Shown one piece after another: positions 13,653-29,328 of a stretch of 64,000 nucleotides of DNA. The DNA comes from the human T2T-CHM13v2.0 reference genome, Homo sapiens, in the NCBI RefSeq assembly GCF_009914755.1, contig NC_060930.1; one strand, 5' to 3'. A model generated the notes under the pieces. It saw only the letters and a list, made by a program, of their open reading frames with translations. It did no database searches and had not been told where the DNA came from. Position 1 is the first letter of the stretch. Each line of letters begins with the position of its first letter. The position numbers and the translations under genes are program-made.

Positions 13653-15310
13653 CTGCAAAATAAAAAAATAGGTTCTAACTCACGAGATCATGATGGACTG
13701 AGAAGCAAAAGGAGACTGGAGACTAGTGAATTAGTCAATATTATTAACAAAAACATTATATATTCATCATGTCACTGGCTTAGAGTTGGATATCTTACCT
13801 TTCTTATTCTGCCTTTACCGTCTTCCCAAGAACACTGTGTCTAAACAACCTGAGAGATCATTTATCAGTTAGGACGAGGTCAAAATTGACATTATTTGCA
13901 TAAGGATATAGCGATATCATACGTAGATACTTACTGAAAATCCCTTTGCTTATGGAAATTAGAACATATTTGCATAAGTTCACAGCAAAAAGGGACCATA
14001 AAAGCCTGTCTGTAGGTGACTATTATTAAACATATTTGGGCTTCTTGAACTAACTGTTAATTTCTAAATTTAAATTTCTATATGATTAAAAGTGAATTTG
14101 GTTTTATTTTCAGGGGTTTTGTCTCATTCTGGGAGTTTTTTGCCCAAAGGGCTTTATATCTTTTTAATGGCATCTAACTCTAAGAAATATACATATTTCT
14201 GTCAAATTTAAAACTTGCTTAAATAAGCAAACAAAAGTGTGGGTTTTTTTTAAGAATGAGAGTGTAGGAGATGAAAAGTCTGGACTGCATACTCAATTTA
14301 AAATTAGAAACATAAAAAACATTCTTTTCGAGACTTTTAAGATAGTTTGAAAATTCTAACTGTAGAGCTAGAAGAGAACTTTGGAGATAAATCATCTAAT
14401 CTAACCAACTCGTTAGCTTGAGTCCCAAAGTGGTACAATGAGTTACTCCAAACCGCACCATCAGTCCACTGCAGAATTGAAACTAGAATGCAGACTTTTG
14501 ATTCATGCTGGGTGGCTTATTACCACAAATTAAATTAATATGTCTAGAGCACATAGAATGGTCAGGCAAATAGTACACATTATAAATGTTAGTTGCTGTC
14601 AGAACTTTTAGGAGAGGCAGCAGAGTGTAGTTTGGGTTAGCACAAAACACTGAAGTCCATCTACCTCCCTTCCAATCCTGCCTTTGCCCTAGCAACAATC
14701 TTATCCTTTTTATGACTTGACTTTCTCATCAATAACATATGACCTACTTCATAGGCTTGTTATGAGGATTAACAAGTTATTAACAGTTATTGGCAGACAG
14801 TAAGCACCATGTAAGTGCTACTTAAATGCATAAAGTGAGTACAATTACTCTAGCCCAAGTAAATGTTATCATGATCAAGTCTGCATCCAAACACCCATCA
14901 ATCTCTCACATCATTGATGTTGAGCAGCTATAATTTTAAAGTGATACCTGAGTATTCTTTTGCAAGATATAATTAGGCTTTAAAACTAAGCATAAAGATT
15001 GACAGTTTAGAAACATAGATTAAGTAGATTTTAAGTATGAAGCATGGGAAAAACAAATTACTGTTTCCACATATGCAAATATATTAGTGATAATGTGCTA
15101 TCACTGATACATTTGGCTACTCTGAAACTCCGGAGGCTTTATAACTACCTTCCATTTAAAACAAACAATTAAACTGTAGCAATTAAAGTATTTCATGCTA
15201 AATTAACCTTGCTGTATTCCCAACCTACACTGAAATATTGGGTGTTCAGCCCAAGATGAAGAATGCTCCTTAAAACAAAATGTATAGGCATTTTAAAATA
15301 TGGAAATTTG

Positions 15311-15620
<310 letters not shown>

Positions 15621-15832
15621 AATATGGAAATTTTTAGATAATGAGTATTCTAAACATAATAAGCAATTATACATAGGCTATAAAGAAGACATCTCCTATA
15701 AAAGGAGAAAGGGTAATTTTATTGGTTCACTAGTAATAGGATAACAGGTAGTCTTACTAGTTTTTTGCTTTATCTGTGTCTCCTAAACTTTCTACAATGA
15801 ATACATATTATTTTAAAATAAGAATAATATTT

Positions 15833-16188
<356 letters not shown>

Positions 16189-16499
16189 TCATTCACTCAT
16201 CATAGATATTTTTCATCATCACATACTATTCATACTGAACGTGTACCTAGGAATCAGCCAGAAAGAGCCCTACCCTCATAGAACTTTATATTATGATGTG
16301 GGGCAAGTATAGATAATAAACATGCCATCAAATACAAGGGTGGGATAAATTCACACAGTGAAAGGGCTGGAAAAAAAAAAAACCATAATCACCTGAAGTA
16401 TTAATTGTATGAAACTTGATCACAACATGGACAGCTCTAACCCTTGATTAATTTTGAAGTCTCCAAGTTGCCCTGTGACTGGACAGTGAGTAGGGTACG

Positions 16500-16886
16500 T
16501 GTATTAGTTTGCTAAAGCTACTATGACAAATGCCCCAGACAGGCGGCTTACACAGAAATTTATTTTCTCATAGTTCTGAAGGCTAGAGGTCCGAAACCAA
16601 AGGTGTCAGCAGGATTGTTTCTTCTAAACTCTCTCTCCCCTTGGCTTCTAGACAGCCATCTTCTTCCAGCACCTTCACATGTTCTTTTCTCTGTGCATGT
16701 CTGTGGCCTAAACTCTTCTTCATATGAGGACATGAATCATAATGGATTAGGGGCCACCCTACTGACCTAAGTTAACCTTAATTACCTCTTTAAAGAACGT
16801 ATCTCCAAATTCAGCCACACTATCAGGTACTGAAGGTTAGGATTTCATTTTAACAATTTTGGAGGAACACCATTCAACACATAACA
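16500..16886 (-). mobile_element. MLT1A/B/C-like MaLR LTR
   Basis: TGTATTAGTTTGCT...CAGAAATTTATTTTCTCATAGTTCTG...CATAACA. Confidence 0.75.
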
Positions 16887-18560
16887 GTGTATCATTCTGT
16901 TTCTGTTTTCTTCAGTGTCCAAATTGGCACCTGCCACACTGTATACTCACATGTTCCTGTCATTCTCCATTGCCTATCAGCTCCTTGAGCGCCAAGGCTT
17001 AGTTTTACCTGCTGCTGTTTTCTTGGTACTTGTAGCAGTATAGGCATCTCATAGTCACTCAACAAATATTTTTTAAATAAGTGAGTGAGTGAATGAATGA
17101 ATACATCCTGTGTGATTTGACTTTGTCTAATTAATAAGTAAAAGTTGTCATCATATATTTTAGTACATATCCTAAGCATCGATTTTTCATTTAAAAGTTC
17201 AATTCTTTCACCAAATATGAGAACGCTATCCAATCCCATTTCATTTTCAAGGCATCAACTGATCTTGCTGCATCATTGTCGGAATTTATTTTCTTCAATA
17301 AATCATACTTGTTATTTACAATTAAACCTTTTGGTCAGCCTTTCCCAGTTGCACATGATGAATAGCAGGCAGATAATTGCCAGTTCAGGAGCTCATTTGT
17401 TTTTCCTACAGTGTGGTTCCTAGGAGATTTTCTTCTTTTCTATTCCCTCAGAGGATTAATAAATTAAATCAATGTGTTTTTATAGAAGATGTTTTAATGC
17501 TGTGAATGTTTAGGGAAAAAATAAGAAAATATTAAAAAAAAAAAACCTTAAAGCTCTATAGCAACTAGGAGGCCTTGGAGAAATTTTGTTTGTGTTCAGT
17601 GACAATGAGGACATATATCAGTTATATATAGAGAGCAAGCCATGGTCACATATAAAAGGGAGATTGAAGAGATGTTTGGGCTTTCAGAAATACCAATTCA
17701 AAGAAAGGGAAAAGTGCACTTGCGAGAAAACTCTGGAATACATTCAGCTTATTGCACACCTAGCATAATGTACCATGCTCTTTCAAGGTCCAGCCATCTT
17801 TCATCATTGTGGCTATGGTGAGAGCCACCCTGTTTGTGCTACCTTCTGGCCACATCATATTAGCGCAGACATTGTTGGAAAGCCCAGGTGGCAGAATAAC
17901 CAGGTACAAAGCAGGGAAAAAAAGCAATACAATAAAAAGTGGGAGGGAAAGGGGGCTTTTCTTTGAAAAAAAAAAAGTATTAGTTTTGGAAAAACTTAGA
18001 GAAGTTATTCCAAAGAAGAAATACCATATCAAAATTCCTTACACTTATTTTGGGAGTTTATTTTTAAATTATGTATATGTATTGGTTTGCAGTTTAAATT
18101 TTTAGTACTGAAGGCCTATAGAGAACTTAATACACCCTGAGCCAAAAAGGGAGCTTCTGAGCTAAAGAAGTTGAGTTAGTAATGGTACCCATGCTGTAAG
18201 TCACAATTGACAGTGCAAAGAGAGCTCATGATACAAGATCTTTCTCCAGATTTCTGGCTTAAGACAAAGAAATGGTAAATCCCTCTCTCTTTTGTAGCTA
18301 AAACTAGAATATATAAAACAATGACCACAAACTGTGGAGGAGTCAATGTGGCCAGCAGATGTTATCTGATTAGTCTTCCCAGTGTTTAGAAACTTTTTTG
18401 AAATAGTGGACAGCACTTCACTATTAGAAAATTTTATGTAAAAATCTTGAGTTCAAATTTATTTTGAAACTAGATCTGGCAACCCTGGGTAGGTATTTCT
18501 CCATAGCAACAACTGGTTGGAACTCTGAGGTAGTCTAGATGGGCAGGCAACCTCTACTTC

Positions 18561-18762
18561 ACGGGGTGGCAAGCATTTTCTGTAAAGGACCAGATAGTAA
18601 ATATTTGCAACCGTGTAGGCCATATGGTATTCGTTGCAGCTACTCATTTAGCACAATGTCATTTTAGCACAAAAGCAGCTATAAACAATTTGTAAACATT
18701 ACTTAGAAAAACTGACCAGCAAGCTGAATTTAGCCTTTGGGCCATAGTCTGTTGCTCTCTGC
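18561..18762 (+). mobile_element. MER58A-like hAT MITE
   Basis: GGGGTGGCAA..TTTTCTGTAAAGG.CCAGATAGTAAATATTT start and GGCCATAGT.TG end. Confidence 0.7.
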
Positions 18763-18952
18763 TCCAGTTTTCTCATGACCAGAACCACTCCCTATGTTCT
18801 TACACCAGCCCATCTTTTGTATTAACCGTCTGGCCCCTGTGGGTATTTGTATCAACAGCCGCCTGATGTTCAGAGGTTGTTAGTGCTCATGCTCTTCACT
18901 TTGGAGAAATTCATAAAGCCAAAGTAGAGAGAAATTCACTTATGAGAGACGG

Positions 18953-20230
18953 TGTGGTAGTGAGATGGGAGAGTTCCCTGACCTCCTCGCGGAGCATGCA
19001 ACAGGGACATGACTCATTTACTCGGCCACTGCACTCAAACCACTTATGGGAGGGGGAACATGCAGGTGAGCCAAGGTGAGCGCTTTTGGGTTGCGGCCCT
19101 ACAGCAGTGTTTAGGGGTGTTACCATGCTCTTTTAGTTTTGCCATCCACGGACGGCTGTTAACCAGCTCAGTGGAAATTCCGGGTAACGGCCTTTTACAC
19201 CCTATTCTCTAGGTACCTGGCTCCTTGTCCGGAGTCCAGGAAGAAACAGGTCACATGGACTAGAAGGATGGTGAATGTGGGGATTTTACTGAGTGATGGA
19301 GGTGGCTCTCAGTGGGATGGTTGGGGAGCAGGAAATGGGATGGAGTGGGAATATGACTTTCCCCTGGAGTTCGGCTGTCCCGCGACGGATCTCCTCTCCG
19401 ACCGTCCCCAGCTGAACTCCTCCCCACCTTCAGATGCTCCTTCCCTCTCTGCCATTCTGTTCTCCTGCTCTGTCAGTGGAGCTTGGGGTTTATATGGGCA
19501 TAGGATAGGGACATGGTGGGCCAGAGTGGTCTTGGAAAAGGCAACATTTTGGAACAAAAACAGAAATGTCTGTTCCTATTCAGGGCCATGGGTTTCCAGG
19601 CTTGAGGGTGGGGCCTTTGCCAGGGGACTGCCCTCTTCTATGCAGTATTTCCCTGCCTCTTTTCGGTATCAGTAGGCAGAATAACCCCTCGAAAATTTCT
19701 TCCATACCTAATCTCTGGAATATGTGAATATGTTAAATTGCATGGCAAAAGGGACTTTGCAAATGTAATTAAGGTTATGGACCTTAAAATAGGGATATTA
19801 TCTTGGATTATCCATCTAAGCCCTTGAAATTAGATGGCTTTCTCCAGCTGAAGGCAGAAAAGGGATGTGGAAGAAGGGGAATTCAGAAAAGCTCTAAATA
19901 TGAGAAGGATTTGAGGCATTGCTATCTCTGAGATATAAAACCACAGAAAGGATTCTGGGAGATAAGGGCCACCCCAGCTGACAACCAGCCAGGACACAAG
20001 AACCTCACTTCTACAGTCACAAAGAACTGGATTCTCTCAACAATCTGAATGAACTTGTAAATGTACTGTTGCCTGGAGTCTCTAGATAAGAAACCAGATG
20101 GCAATACCTTGACTTCAGCCTTGGAAAACCTGAAACAAGGAAACCAGATGAGCCAACCTAGACTTCTAACATACAAAACTGTGAGATAGTACACTTGTAT
20201 TTTTAAAAAGATAATAAGTTTGTGTTTACT
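18953..20230 (+). mobile_element. MLT1D/E-like MaLR LTR, split by the ERV1 LTR
   Basis: TGTGGTAG|GCAGAATAA...ATGGCAAAAGGGACTTTGCA consensus start, rejoined across the insertion. Confidence 0.7.
18961..19671 (-). mobile_element. Solo ERV1 LTR (LTR1/LTR27/LTR28/MER52 group)
   Basis: TGATACCG...GGCAGGGAAATACTG start, TG...CA termini, 4-bp TSD GTAG. Inserted 8 bp into an MLT1 LTR. Confidence 0.8.
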
Positions 20231-20259
20231 TTCCAGGCTCTAGCTCTTCCTTAGGCCCT

Positions 20260-20850
20260 GTGTGTACTAAAGGATTTAACCTTGCCCAAAGAGAGCTCTG
20301 GTCTTTGCCCTTGGTCCCTGGGAGATAATCTCCAAGCATTTAGAATGTCTTGCCTGACAAGAGTGTCTTTGTTTACCAAGGGGTTCTAGGCCACGCCAGA
20401 AACTCTAACAATGTTACTTATAGTGGTGACTTCAAGTCATGCAGTAACTGCTTGATCCCCAAAGCGGCTGGAGAGTGAAGTCAGCCAAATGCCCAGTTAA
20501 CCATGAAGCCCCAGTAAAGACTCTGGACACCAAGACTCAAGTGAGCTTCCTTGGTTGGCAATATTCCTCACGTTATTGCCAAGAGAATAGTGCTGTCTGT
20601 CCATAACTCCACTAAGAAAGGACAAGTGAACATTCTGTGCTTAGAACTTGCCTGGACTGCCCATGGCTGATTTTTAATCTGTATCCTTTTAGTGTAATAA
20701 ACCATAACCTTGAATATAACAGCTTTCAGTGAGTTCAGTAAGTCTTTCCAGCAAATTACCAAAACTAAGATTAACTTGGGGGATTCCAAAACTTGTAATT
20801 GGTGTCAGAAATGAGGGTAATGTGGTAGACACTATCCCTCTAACGTCCCA
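20260..20850 (+). mobile_element. MER21/MER77-like LTR
   Basis: CCTTGCCCAAAGAGAG.TCTGG and GAGTTCAGTAAGTC..TCCAGCAAATTA motifs. Confidence 0.55.
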
Positions 20851-20911
20851 CTCTGGTATATTCTCATCTTTCCAAATCTTGTATGTTTAACCCTGTCATT
20901 ATAGATTTCCT

Positions 20912-21203
20912 TTTTTCAGAGTGGGGTAGGGGGGTAAGGTCTCTCTCTGTTACCCTGGCTGGAATGCAGTAGCACAATCACAACTCACCTCAACCTCCTG
21001 GGCTCAAGTGATCCTCCCACCTCATTCCCCTGAGTAGCTAGGACCACAGGCATCTGCCACCACACCAGCTAATTTTTTTATTGTGTAGAAACAGGGTCTG
21101 CCTATGTTGCCCAGGCTGGTCTCGAATTCCAGGCCTCAAGTGATCTCCCCTCCTCAGCCTCCCAAAGTGCTGGGATTACAGGTGTAAGCCACTGTGCCTG
21201 GCT
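20912..21203 (-). mobile_element. Alu (AluJ-like)
   Basis: Reverse-strand Alu with a well-preserved left arm and a degenerate right arm. Confidence 0.88.
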
Positions 21204-21574
21204 TTTAGATTTGCTTTTGTAACTAATTTCCAGCATTTTAATTCAAGTGAGTTTTAACCAATACACTCATGTACCAAAATAGTTACATCACTATTAATAA
21301 GCCAGAAACTTAGAATAATAGGATTTTACTTTTAGAAAAGGCAAGACATCTTCCATTGCAACCCCTCTATTTTCCAGATGAACAGCCTAAAGGGTAAAGA
21401 AAACTACAAAGTATTTTATAAAAGATAGGTATAAAAATCTTTGTAAGTGTTCTGACTCCCGGGCTAGTATTCCTCAACCAACATTACATTCTCTCTAATT
21501 CAAATACAGACTTAGGGTTAGTGGCTAGAACCACATACCAGTTTGTTCCAGAATCCTTACCAGTAAATCCTTAC

Positions 21575-21763
21575 CAGAGTTTGGGTTAAATTCACCTCCA
21601 GGAACATTGGTTGTTGTTCTGGGGGGCAAAGGTTTTATCACTGTTGTCTCATCCTGAGAGTCCTTGTCATCATATGACAGATGAGACTCAGCAGAGCCAG
21701 GTCCCATGATAGGTTTGCTTGTGTTCCCTAATTTGTGGCACACCATTTGGTTTCTGATCCTCT
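21575..21763 (-). other. LGSN: LGSN cassette exon/pseudoexon, homologous to the extra N-terminal exon of non-primate mammalian lengsins
   Basis: Acceptor TTTTTCCTTATTACTACAG|AG, donor TCTG|GTAAGG. It is 189 nt, phase 1-1 and stop-free in the LGSN frame ([27 protein letters not shown]...GEFNPNS). It resembles the recalled mouse segment RNQ..SKPGSAES..KD.QD..EFNPN. Confidence 0.85.
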
Positions 21764-21946
21764 CTGTAGTAATAAGGAAAAATGTTAAAATATGTTTCCA
21801 CTGTTTTCAACTGTCTCTTAATATAATATGGAGAGGAATACTTGAGAAAATAGTATATTTCTAGCAGTGACATATTAAATGAGGGGCAATGGGAGTGGTC
21901 TACCCTAGTCACTGGCCAAGAAAGTGCATTGTTTATAGAGAATTTA

Positions 21947-22285
<339 letters not shown>

Positions 22286-22819
22286 AATCTACTAAAATCT
22301 GACTGCTTTTTATTGTAACCATATGCTGGGAATTCCTACTGTCCTGCCTTAGGACACAATGATTCCTAGGATTGAGCCTGTTGCCCAAATTAACTTCTAG
22401 TTTTAGCAGTGTCTCACATCTGTTGAAATCTAGTTGGAGTTCCAAAATGTGTTATGAAAACACCTTCCATACCTTTCTTATGGCCCCTCAAATCCTCTGT
22501 AATGATTTTTGTATTCATTTTCAGAGCAGAAAACTGTCTCTCTTCCTACTCATACATTCCTCTGTTTGTTCTTTTTTTTTTCTACTACTGTCATCCTAAT
22601 TCTAACCCTCTTTACATTGTAAATATTTTGATTGGTTATTTTTATATATTTACGTTGTAAGCTTATATTTGCCATCTTTTATGACACTTATGTAGGAATA
22701 ACTTTTATTTGTCCTTTTGCTTCTCCCAAAAAAGAAATGAAGATGTTTTATGAAAAGAAAGACCAAATGGAGATTGCCTCTGACCACACCATTTTTGAGG
22801 ACTCAGAGTAGTTAGATAC

Positions 22820-22952
22820 CATTTGAATTGGACATATCCGTTTCTCCCACTTCAGTTGAACAAACATATGGTTTAGTGACTTTCTTCCTTGTCCTTCTTA
22901 ATGTGTTCATGCTGTTGGCTTCAGTCTCATTGCCTTCATCTCTTGTTGAGTC
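22820..22952 (-). CDS. LGSN: Lengsin coding exon 2 ([15 protein letters not shown]...DMSNSN)
   Basis: Acceptor ATCAACAG|GAC, donor AATG|GTATCT, 133 nt. Lies within ORF 22812..22997. Confidence 0.93.
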
Positions 22953-24966
22953 CTGTTGATAATTAATAAACAAAAAGCCAAATAACAGATTATTCAAACA
23001 ATGATATTTGGATGTCGAAAGAGTATATTTGAATAGCTCAATTTTTTAATGAGCATAGAAGACTTTTATAATGATGAAAATTTTGTCACTTCCACACTCA
23101 CCTGAATAACTCACAATTTAAAAGCCCAGCGTTGTGCTGATAGGCCAGATAGTCTCTATCTCCTTTTATATGTGATACAGAAAATATCATTAAGTAAATT
23201 AAAATCGTGTCTAATTACTCAAGATTTCTATGTTTATTTTTTACTTTGGGAATTTTATATTATTTATTCCTCAATAATTTTGCAAAACCTATTTTAACTA
23301 AAAAGTTTACTTTTTATGATTTCTATTTTTTAGGATTTCTAACCTTTTTGTCTGAAGGCATAAGCATCTGAAGAATTGTATTCTCTGCTCTCTTTTTCCT
23401 TATGAAAAAGGAAAAAATTAATAATGCAATTAATAATTGCATCAATATTTACTTCACTTCAAAAAAGTACTTGAATTCATAAAGTGCTATTTTGTGACTG
23501 TATTTTATATGTGTAAAACAAACATCATATCCAAACCATTTTATAGCTTAAGAAAATCTAAGGAAATGCATTCAAAACAAAATAACCTAACTTTCACAAT
23601 CTAGTTATAATCCTTGACATGACAGGATATGCCCAGCAGGGAGCTAGGCAGTGAGGCACAGGCTGGTGCTGGGGAGCTCAGGAATCTCAGCACTAACAGT
23701 GCACAGAGTCACCCCTGCAGTCCCAAGACACAAAAGCTGTCACTGAAAAAAAATATGAAAAATTTTGAAAAAGCTGACACTGGTATTTTTAAGGTTTTTT
23801 ACAAACCCCTCATAGTGGTTTGAGGAGAGAGGAAAGTGACAGGGTCAGGGTCAAAAAGTATGCTGTAAACACTTTGAGCTTAGTATCTTTTTGAAAAGCA
23901 GGCTCCGAGAGGTTTCACATCTGTGGGCAAGTTATATGAATATATGTTGAGTAACTGCTGGGGAGCAGCTGTATCACTTCATCTATAAAACCAATTCATT
24001 CTCCCAAGGCTAAAATAGAAAAAGAAAGATTTTCATTTTTTGCTTGCTTATATGTAATTATGATGCATTGTTATTATTGTTATATTAACAAAGTTATATT
24101 TCCTAGAACAAAGGCTTTTCTGTAACTTTAAAGTTTCACTTATTAGAAAATTGTGGTCTTTTTCACTCCAAATAACCTTATATTTGGATAATATGATACT
24201 TAATATATAATAATTAATTTTGTAAGTAATTTAGGATTTAATTTCAATACTTGCATAAATTTTCCCAACACACTTCTGATAGAATCTGGCAGAAATATAA
24301 AGCTTTATTGTACATGTTCACCATGTCTAAAATTGTTTTGCTAGAAATGCATAGTCTATAATTTTACTTTTGTTAAATGCATATGTATATATTTATTTTT
24401 ATTTATTTATTTATTTATATAGTCTTTTAAAGAAGTATTGTTTAGAAAATGAAATACTTAGCCAGGTATATAATTATCAATGCAATATGAGCAGACTAAA
24501 TTTGTCTTAGCTTGACCCTTTGCTCATATATAATATTTTCATATATAAATTGAAGGAATTGGGTGACATAAACTTTAACATCTCTTTCAGTTTTAAACTC
24601 TAACCTGCAACTGAATAAACAATTAAATAACAATGTGTTAAAATTAAGCACATTGTCAAGCATGTTTTCTCATGGTACCCCTTAAGTTAATAAAATCTCA
24701 CCATTTTACAAATAAGAAAAATGAGACTCAGAATAACTTGCCCCAGGCCACAAGAGTGAATGAAAGATGCAGTTTCTAAAAATACCTTGTTTTTCAACAT
24801 GCCATTCTGCTTCCTAAAAGCCAGAGATCCAAGACAAAAGAAAGGTCATTTTAAAAACATTCACCTGCCCTCATATAAACCCGATCAAAAGAGAAAGTTT
24901 CTTAAGAAAAAAAAAAAATTTACCTAGTTACTAACTGAGAATTTCACCAATAAGAGCCCAAAAACT

Positions 24967-25380
<414 letters not shown>

Positions 25381-28290
25381 TCAGTCCTTTGGTTTTCTTT
25401 TACATACTAGGGTGATCAGCATATAAACATAGCTATAATAAAACAAATTTATTGGATCCTTCATTTATCCCACCTCCATTCGAGTATTTTTATTCTCCTT
25501 AATCCTTGATCTTTTAATTACACTTAGGTGCAATGTGAATGATGCTTCAGTAAAAAACTTACTAGCCCAGATGATTGAGGTTTGGGTTGTAATTCTGACC
25601 TTTCCACAAAGTAGCAAGTCCTTCTAGGGCCTTGACATTCTCATCTGTAAACACTAATATAAATAAAATCATATTGTCAAATTAAATTGAGCCTAGGGCT
25701 ACCTCCTTATATATTTTAAGTTTGACTTAAAAATTTCTAAGCAGACTAGAAACTACTCTTCTACCAATCACAGTGTTTCAGCCAATCACAGGTGGCCAAT
25801 TGTTCAAAACATGTTCAAACACTGTTTCTGTATCTCATTCCCATCTTCTGTACCAAGATGGAAATCTTCTGTACATCACTTTTCTTTTCCTGTCCATAAA
25901 TGTCATCTGACCATGCGACAGCCTAAGAGTCGCTCTGAACATATTCTTGTTCTGAGGGCTGCCTGACTCTTGAATTGTTCTTTAACTGAGTTTAAAATTT
26001 AATTTTTCTACAGGTTTTCTTTTAACAGATGGCCTCAGAAGTGGGATTTGAAGTAGAGCTTCCAGCAACCCCCAGGAGCACTGAGTGATTAAGCAAGGTA
26101 CACCAGCTCCATTGTATCTGTTGCTCTCTCGAATCAACTGGGGATCATGGGTAAGTTGTCTCTCAGATTATGGAGATCCCCATGCGTTTGTGTTTTGACT
26201 ATCTGAATTTGTATGGGCACATTTTTTATCTTAACTGGGTACAGAAGTCATGACAGACACTGGACTGGGTTAGACTCAATAACTAATTGGATTATATCCA
26301 GTTAGAATTCTTAGATGGCTGACTGGTTAGACAAACTGGCAGTAAATGGCAATACTGCAGAAGGTGTGAACTCTGGCTTTCAGAAATTCACCAGGATTTT
26401 GTGTTCTATCCCTTTTGTTTCTTTTTCTAATGCATGAGGTAGGGAAAAATCTTCGGCTTAGTTGATCAAGATGTGAGAGCCAAAACCAATTTTCAATATA
26501 AAAATGGAATCCTTAATTTCTGATGAACTGAGTGCTCCACTTTTGTCTATCCCATACCTCTACATGTATAATTATTAGGTCCCACAAGCTGCAAGTACTT
26601 ACAAAAATGGCAAAATCTTATAAAGATAATTTAAAATTATAGTGGAATGCTCCAAATAAACAACACCAACACCACACTTTAAGAACTGCATTTAAAAATG
26701 AAGGCTCCCAAATTAGGCATATCCAGGGACACCTATTGATGTGCAGAACATTCTTAAAAATGTTAATATTTCTATTGCCTCTTTTAAAAGCCTTTCAAAA
26801 GGCAAACAAAAAGCTTAAGCAACTAATTGATAAGAAAAATTGAATCTGCTAATCTTTTGGCTTAGTTACTATCCTGCCCCAAAGATAAAAAGAGAATTAT
26901 ATAAAGTGTTCATGAAAGGTAGGCCCTCAAGTAAAGTAGGCTTTTTTCTTTTTCAGAGCTATCCATACCGAGTCCACACATAGAGAATTATTTCCTCGCC
27001 TTATTAATTAATGGGCTCCAACCTGAACTCAGTAATTTTAGCTAAAAAATAGTGGCTAACTTAAAAAGACTGCCTATTGAACTAAATTGGTCTCCAAATT
27101 CACCTTTCTGGCATTTAGCTGGCTATTTTGAAACATATCTGTAAAGGAAATTTACATCTATAAAGGAAACCTCCATTTTTAAGGGTGTCTGCCTCTGTGC
27201 AGCAGGAAGAGAGGAAAGACTAAGTTACTAGAGACTCTTATCATTGACTTACATTTATGTAACAAGTCTCCTCTAAAGTACCTTTTCCTATCCATCCTGT
27301 CTTAACTGGGCATTTATCCACATCCTCCCTCCTTGATTTGAGCAAAAGATGGTACAATATTTAGGTCTAAAGTCTCAGCTGTATGCATTTGAGAGATAAA
27401 ATTTCTACCTTGTTTTACCTAAAAGTCATCCTTTTAGAAGTGAAATTTTAGGGTTTTCTAGCTAACAATTGCTTAGAACAATGAAACAGGTAATTGGAAT
27501 ATTGATAGTCTGAATTGGGGGAAAGAAAAACTATTTGGAAACTAGTAAATGAAAAATTTTTCTGAAAATTTTAACTTCTGCCCTTGTCCGTGTCTGTCTA
27601 TATGTCTGTAAGTGTTATGTGTATCAGATATTTCTTTCTGATCTTATATAATATTTGTCAAATGAAGCAAGTTTTTACATTGTTGGCAAAATAAAATAGG
27701 AATGTCTTCAGAATTGTCAATACTAAATATAATTCAGACTTTTTTTTCTGGGTCTACTGGTCAGAAAGGTTTATGCTGTTTTTGCTATATGTTTTAGGGT
27801 CATAAAATTGCTGCTTCTGTCAAATTTTGATACGTGCTTGATTGTCTGTAAGCTGACACTGAAAAGGCTGGCTACTGGGTTCCCCTGAAGCCTTTCACAC
27901 ATCTTACTGTGAGCTTATATCTTTGATTTTGAGCCTTTGAATTCTGAGGCCTGGAGAGGTGGTCATGGTGAGGCCTGGAGACGTGTATGTCCACTGTACC
28001 TGGGCCACTAGCAGCAGGACACAGCCAAGCCCACTATGGCCCTGCCCTTCCTCCTCCAGCTTTGCCTGCTGGCCATGCTGAGAGGGGTTGGATCCTCCAG
28101 ACATCCTTTTCATAGCTCTGTCCTCAGTCCTTGACTCTACACCTGGTGTGTAAATTAGGGACCCAGATGGGCCCTGGCCTTCCTAGCCATCCTAGGTGCC
28201 ACTCAGGACATTAGGGAGAATACCTACGTTATTTTTTCAAAATTATTTTCAGAAACTTAAAATCTTAAAGCTGCGTTAAATTCAGAAATA

Positions 28291-28601
<311 letters not shown>

Positions 28602-28902
28602 TCAGAAATAAATACTCATTAAATATCTGAGTCATTTCTAAGAAGTTAAAATATTGAAGTATTAATTATTAACATAAATTTATGCCTTAGCATCTTATTT
28701 GTATATGATATTGAAAATGTAAATATATTTAGATCTATTAAAAATAATTGAGGAAACATCTTTCTAAACAATTATGAAATGGTTTTTATCTGCAGATACT
28801 GATATAAAACACTTCAAAATCATTAACTTCCTAGGTTTTACACTGGAAGTTAGAATTACTAAGAGTTAAAATTTAAGTTAATATATGTAATTATAACTAC
28901 TA

Positions 28903-29328
<426 letters not shown>

